A stretch of DNA of 64,000 nt from the human T2T-CHM13v2.0 reference genome, Homo sapiens. Where the stretch lies: the NCBI RefSeq assembly GCF_009914755.1, contig NC_060947.1; one strand, 5' to 3'. Position 1 is the first letter of the stretch. Every line of letters begins with the position of its first letter. This document shows positions 59,237-64,000 of the stretch, one piece after another. The translations under genes were made by a program, and so were the position numbers. The notes below the pieces were generated by a model. That model made no database searches, was not told the origin of the DNA, and worked only from the letters and a program-made list of their open reading frames with translations.

Positions 59237-60715
59237 CTTTATGGTTTTATCTACCTTTGGTCTTTGATGATGGTGACATACAGATGGTGTTTTGGTGTGG
59301 ATGTGCTTTCTGTTTGTTAGTTTTCCTTCTAACAGTCAGGACTCTCAGCTGCAGGTCTGTTGGAGTTTGCTGGAGGTCCACTCCAGACCCTGTTTGCCTG
59401 GGTATCAGCAGCGGAGGCCTGCAGAACAACGGATATTGGTGAACAGCAGATGTTGCTGCCTGATCGTTCCTCTGGAAGTTTTGTCTCAGAGGAGTACCCG
59501 GCCACGTGAGGTGTCAGTCTGCCCCTACTGGGGGGTGCCTCCCAGTTAGGCTACTCGAGGGTCAGGGACCCACTTGAAGAGGCAGTCTGTCCGTTCTCAG
59601 ATCTCCAGCTGCATGCTAGGAGAACCACTACTCTCTTCAAAGCTGTCAGACAGGGACATTTATGTCTGCAGAAGTTTCTGCTGCCTTTTGTTTGGCTATG
59701 CCCTGCCCCCAGAGGTGGAGTCTACAGAGGCTGGCAGGCCTCCTTGAGCTGCGGTGGGCTCCACCCAGTTTGAGCTTCCTGGCCACTTTGTTTACCTAAG
59801 CAAGGCTTGGCAATGGCAGGCGCCCCTCCCCCAGCCTCGCTGCAGCTTTGCAGTTTGATCTCAGACTGCTGTGCTAGCAATGAGCGAGGCTCCATGGGCA
59901 TAGGACCCTCCTAGCCAGGCGCAGGATATAATCTCCTGGAGTGCCGTTTGCTTAGACCATTGGAAAAGCGCAGTATTAGGGTGGGAGTGACCCGATTTTC
60001 CAGGTGCCATCTGTCACCCCTTTCGTTGACTAGGAAAGGGAATTCCCTGACCCCTTGCACTTCCCAGGTGAGACGATGCCTCGGCTCACGCTCAGTGTGC
60101 TGCACCCACTGTCGTGCACCCACTGTCCGACACTGCCCAGTGAGATGAACCCGGTACCTCAGTTGGAAATGCAGAAATCACCTGTCTTCTGCGTCGCTCA
60201 CGCTGGGAGCTGTAGACTGGAGCTGTTCCTATTCGGCCATCTTGGCTCCACCCCCAGAAATTCCATTTCTGGGTGCATACCCAAAATAATTGAAAGTCAA
60301 GTCTCAAAGAGATTATTTGTATAATCATATTTATAGTAGTAGTATTCACAATAGCTAAAAAGTAGAAGCAACCCACATGTTTATCAAAAGATAAATGGAT
60401 AAATAAAATAGAGTATATACATACAATAGAATATTATTCAGCCTTAAAATGAAATTCTGACACATGCTACAACATGGATGAAACTTGATGATATTATGCT
60501 AAGTGAAATAAGCCAGTCACAAATGGGCAAATTCTATGATTCTGCTCATATGAGGTGTCTAGAGTATCAAATTCACAGAGGCAGAAAGTAGAAAGGTGGC
60601 TGTCAGAGGCTGGGGAGCGGGAAGAATGGGGAGTTACTGGGTATACGGTTTCAGTTTTGCAAGATGAAAAGAGTTCTGGAGAATAGTTGCACAAGAACGT
60701 GAATGTGTTTAAACG

Positions 60716-60783
60716 GTGTGCCGTGATTGCCCCTGTAAATAGCTTCTGCACTCCAGCCTGGGCAATATAGTGAGACCCCACCT
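60716..60783 (+). mobile_element. FAM/FLAM-like Alu monomer fragment
   Basis: CCTGTAAATAGCTTCTGCACTCCAGCCTGGGCAATATAGTGAGACCCCA. Confidence 0.55.
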
Positions 60784-60804
60784 TTAACTTTTTTTGTAAT
60801 TAAA

Positions 60805-61378
60805 AAAGTGTTTTTGTTTTTATAGATTTAGAGGGTAGAAGTGTAGTTTTGTTACATGGATATATTGTTTAGTGTTACTGCCACCCAAATAGTGTACATT
60901 GTATCCATTAGGTAATTCCTTATCCCTTACCCACCCAACCCCACCTGTACTCCCACCCTTTTGAATCTCCAGTGACTATTATTCCGCTCTCTATGTTCAT
61001 GTGCATGCATTATGTAGCTCCCACTTATAAGTGAGAATATGTGGTATTTGTCTGTCTTTTTGTGAGTGGTTTCACTTAAGATAATGGCTTGCAGTTTCAT
61101 CTATGTGGCTGTAAAAGACATGATTTCATTCTTTTTTATGACTGAGTAGCATTCCATGGTGTATATAGACCATATTTTCTTTATCCATTCCTCCCCTGAT
61201 GAACACTTAGGTTTGTTAAACATATGAGTTCAGGTATCTTTGTGATATAATGATTTCTCTTCCTTTAAGTAGATACCCAGTAGGGGGATTGCTGAATTGA
61301 ATGGTAGTCCTAGTTTTAGTTCTTCAAGAAATCTCCATATTGTTTTCCATAGAGACTGTATTAACTTGCATTCCAACA
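60805..61378 (-). mobile_element. L1PB4-like 3' fragment
   Basis: GTAGTTTTGTTACATGGATATATTG...CCCACTTATAAGTGAGAA 3'UTR. Confidence 0.6.
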
Positions 61379-61379
61379 G

Positions 61380-64000
61380 TTTATTTTTTTAACTTTTATT
61401 TTAGGTTGAGATGTACATATATAGGTTTGTTTTATAGCTAAACTCTGTGTCACAGGGGTTTGCTGTACAGATTATTTTGTCACCCAGGTACTAAGTCTAG
61501 TACCCAAATAGTTATTTTTTCTGATCCTCTCCCTCCTCCCACAGTCCACCATCAGGTAGGCCCCAGTGTCTGTTGTTGTCCTCTCTGTGTTCATGTGTTC
61601 TCATCATTTAGCTCCCACTTATAAGTGAGAATATGCAGTATTTGGTTTTCTTTCTTCTTTTGAAAACAGAGTCTCACTCTGTCTCCCAAGCTGGAGTACA
61701 GTGGCACAAACACAGCTAACTGAAGCCTTGACCTCCCTGGCTCAGGTGATCCTCCCACCTCAGTCTCTTGAGTAGCTGGGACTACAGGTTCTCGCCACTA
61801 TGCCTCGCTAATTTTTGTATTTTTTCTAGAGGCAGGGTTTCGCCATGTTGTCCAGGCTGGACTCAAACTCCTGGGCTCCAGTGATCCACCCACCTTAGCC
61901 TCCCAAAGTGCTGAGATTACATGCAGGAGCCACTGCACCCAGCTGGTATTTGGTTTCCTGTTCCTGTGTTACTTTGCTAAGGATGATGGCCTCCAGCTCC
62001 ATCCATGTTCCTGCAAAAGACATAATCTCATTCTTTTTCATGGCTGCATAGTGTTCCGTGGTGTGTATGTACCACATTTTCTTTATACACTCTGCTATTG
62101 ATGGACATTTACATTGGTTGCATGTCTTTGCTATTGTGAATAGTGCTGCAATGAACATTTCTGTGTATGTGCCTTTATGGTAGAATGATTTATATTCCTT
62201 TGGATATATACCCAGTAATGGGATTGCTGGGTCAAATGGTAGTTCTGTTTTTAGCTCTTTGAGGAATTGCCACACTGCTTTCCACATGGTTGAACTAATT
62301 TCCCCTCCCAATTTTGTTATCTTTGCAGGTTTAAAGTCTGTTTTGTCTGAAATTAGGATTGCAATCCCTGCTTTTATCTGATTTCCATTTGCTTGGTAGA
62401 TTTTCCTCCATCCTTTTATTTTGAGCCTACAGGAGTCATTACATGTGAAATGGGTCTCTTGAAGACAGTATACTATTGGGCCTTGCTTCTTTATTCAGCC
62501 TGCCACTATGTGCCTTTTAAATGGGGCATTTAGCCCATTTATCAATGTTAGTATTGATATATATGTGGGTTCAATTCTGTCATTGTGTTGTTAGCTGGTT
62601 ATTATGCTGGCTTGTTTGTGTGGCTGCTTTGTAATGTAACTAGTCTTTGTGTACTTAAGTGTGTTTTTGTATTGGCTGGTAATGGTCTTTCTTTTCCATA
62701 TTTAGTGCTTCTTTCAAGATCTCTCGTAAGGCAATTCTAGTGGTAACAAACTCCCTCAGCATGTGCTTATCTGAAAAATATCTTATTTCTCTTGTACTGA
62801 GGAATCTTAGTTTGGCTGGACATGAGAATCTTGGTTGAAGAACTTTCTTTATGAATGTTTAATATAGGCTCCCAATCTCTTCTGGCTTTCTGCCAAGAGG
62901 GCCACCATTATATTGATGGGGTTTCCCTTGTAGGTGACCTGCCCTTTCTCTCTAGCTGCCTTTAATATTCTTTCATTTTGACCTTGGAAAATCTAATGAT
63001 TAATGTGTCTTGGGGATGATCTTGTGTAGAATCTTTCAGGGGTTCTCTGTATTTCCTGAATTTGACTGTTGGCCTCTCTAGCGAGGTTGGGGGAGTTTTC
63101 ATGATGATATCCAGAAATGTTTTCCATGTTGTTTGCTTTTTCCCCATCACTGTCAGAGATGCCAGTGATTGGTAGATTTGGCCTCTTTATGTAATCCCAT
63201 ATTTCTCAGAGGTTTTGTTCATTCCTTTTCATTCTTTTTTCTTTATTTTTGTCTGACTGTCTTACTTCAGAGAGAAATAAGAGCCAATCTTCAAGTTCCA
63301 AGATTGTTTCCTCAGCTTGGTACATTCTACTGCTAACACTTGTGATTACTCTGAAATTATTATAGTGTGTTTTTTAGCTCTATCAAATCAGTTAGGTTCT
63401 TTTTTATACTGGCTATATAATTTGTCAGCTCCTGTATCATGTTACTGTGATTCTTAGTTTCCTTGCATTGGGTTTTGCTGTTCTGAATCTTGATGATCTT
63501 CATTCATGTCCATATTCTGAATTCTATTTCTGTCATTTCAGCCAGCTCAGCCTGGTTAAGAACCCTTGTTGGATAACTACTGTGATTGTTTGGAGGACAT
63601 AAGACACTGTGGTCGTTGGAGTTGCTGGAGTACTTGCATTGGTTGTTTCTCATCTTTGCATGTGGGTGTTTCTTTAACTGCAGCGTAGATTGAGAACAGT
63701 CAGTAGACTTGTTTACTAGATGTTTTCACAGGGCTAAGGCTATGTGCAGGGTCATTATTTGTAGCTGACTTGTTTTTTGACTTCACAGAAGGGTTTGATA
63801 GCAAGGTATTTTTGGTGTTGAAGGTTTGGGACATGATCCAGTAGGGGGTGCTTAGGCGTAGTGGTCAGTTGGTAGGCTCTTCCTCAGTCATGTGGCTCCC
63901 CTATGTATCCTCGCAGTTGCAGCCATGCTCTCTCTCAATGTTTTGAAAGTGTGGGCTCCTCTCCCTCTTAAATGCTGGCTGTAGATTGCAGGTTGCCACT
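61380..64000 (-). mobile_element. L1PA13-16-like LINE: 3' end joined at ~62310 to EN/ORF1/5'UTR; runs off the window
   Basis: 3'UTR and ORF2 C-terminus, an abrupt jump to EN (GTTTAAAGTCTGTTTTGTCTGAAATTAGGATTGC), then ORF1 remnants. Confidence 0.7.
61651..61944 (-). mobile_element. AluJ nested in an L1 3'UTR
   Basis: J-type positions; TSD GTATTTGGTTT at 61638 and 61946. Confidence 0.85.

Overview
This is AT-rich catarrhine DNA, probably human or great ape: it carries Alu, an L1PA4-like LINE and a HERV-W LTR17. Interspersed repeats dominate, and I recognise no intact cellular protein-coding gene. Every long ORF in the track is a decayed L1 ORF1/ORF2 piece or a chance Alu/LTR ORF. Bases ~2-21.5 kb form a dense ERV/LTR cluster centred on a two-LTR MER39B-type provirus (2759-15557). 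That provirus carries several nested insertions with readable target-site duplications (TSDs): MER50, an internally deleted L1MA4 containing an Alu, a second Alu, and a MER4A that itself contains a solo LTR17. A full-length, inactive L1PA4-like element with a 17-bp TSD lies at 54109-60253 (minus strand). The most notable small-scale features are a tailless 36-nt U2 snRNA retrocopy, a polyadenylated MLT1 LTR fragment that looks L1-mobilised, a target site hit three times, and a 165-bp templated insertion. There is also a speculative pair of small in-frame exons (43443-44018) that would encode a signal-peptide-like N-terminus. I found no strong evidence for a new biological system. Repeat subfamily names come from recalled consensus sequences and need RepeatMasker/Dfam confirmation.
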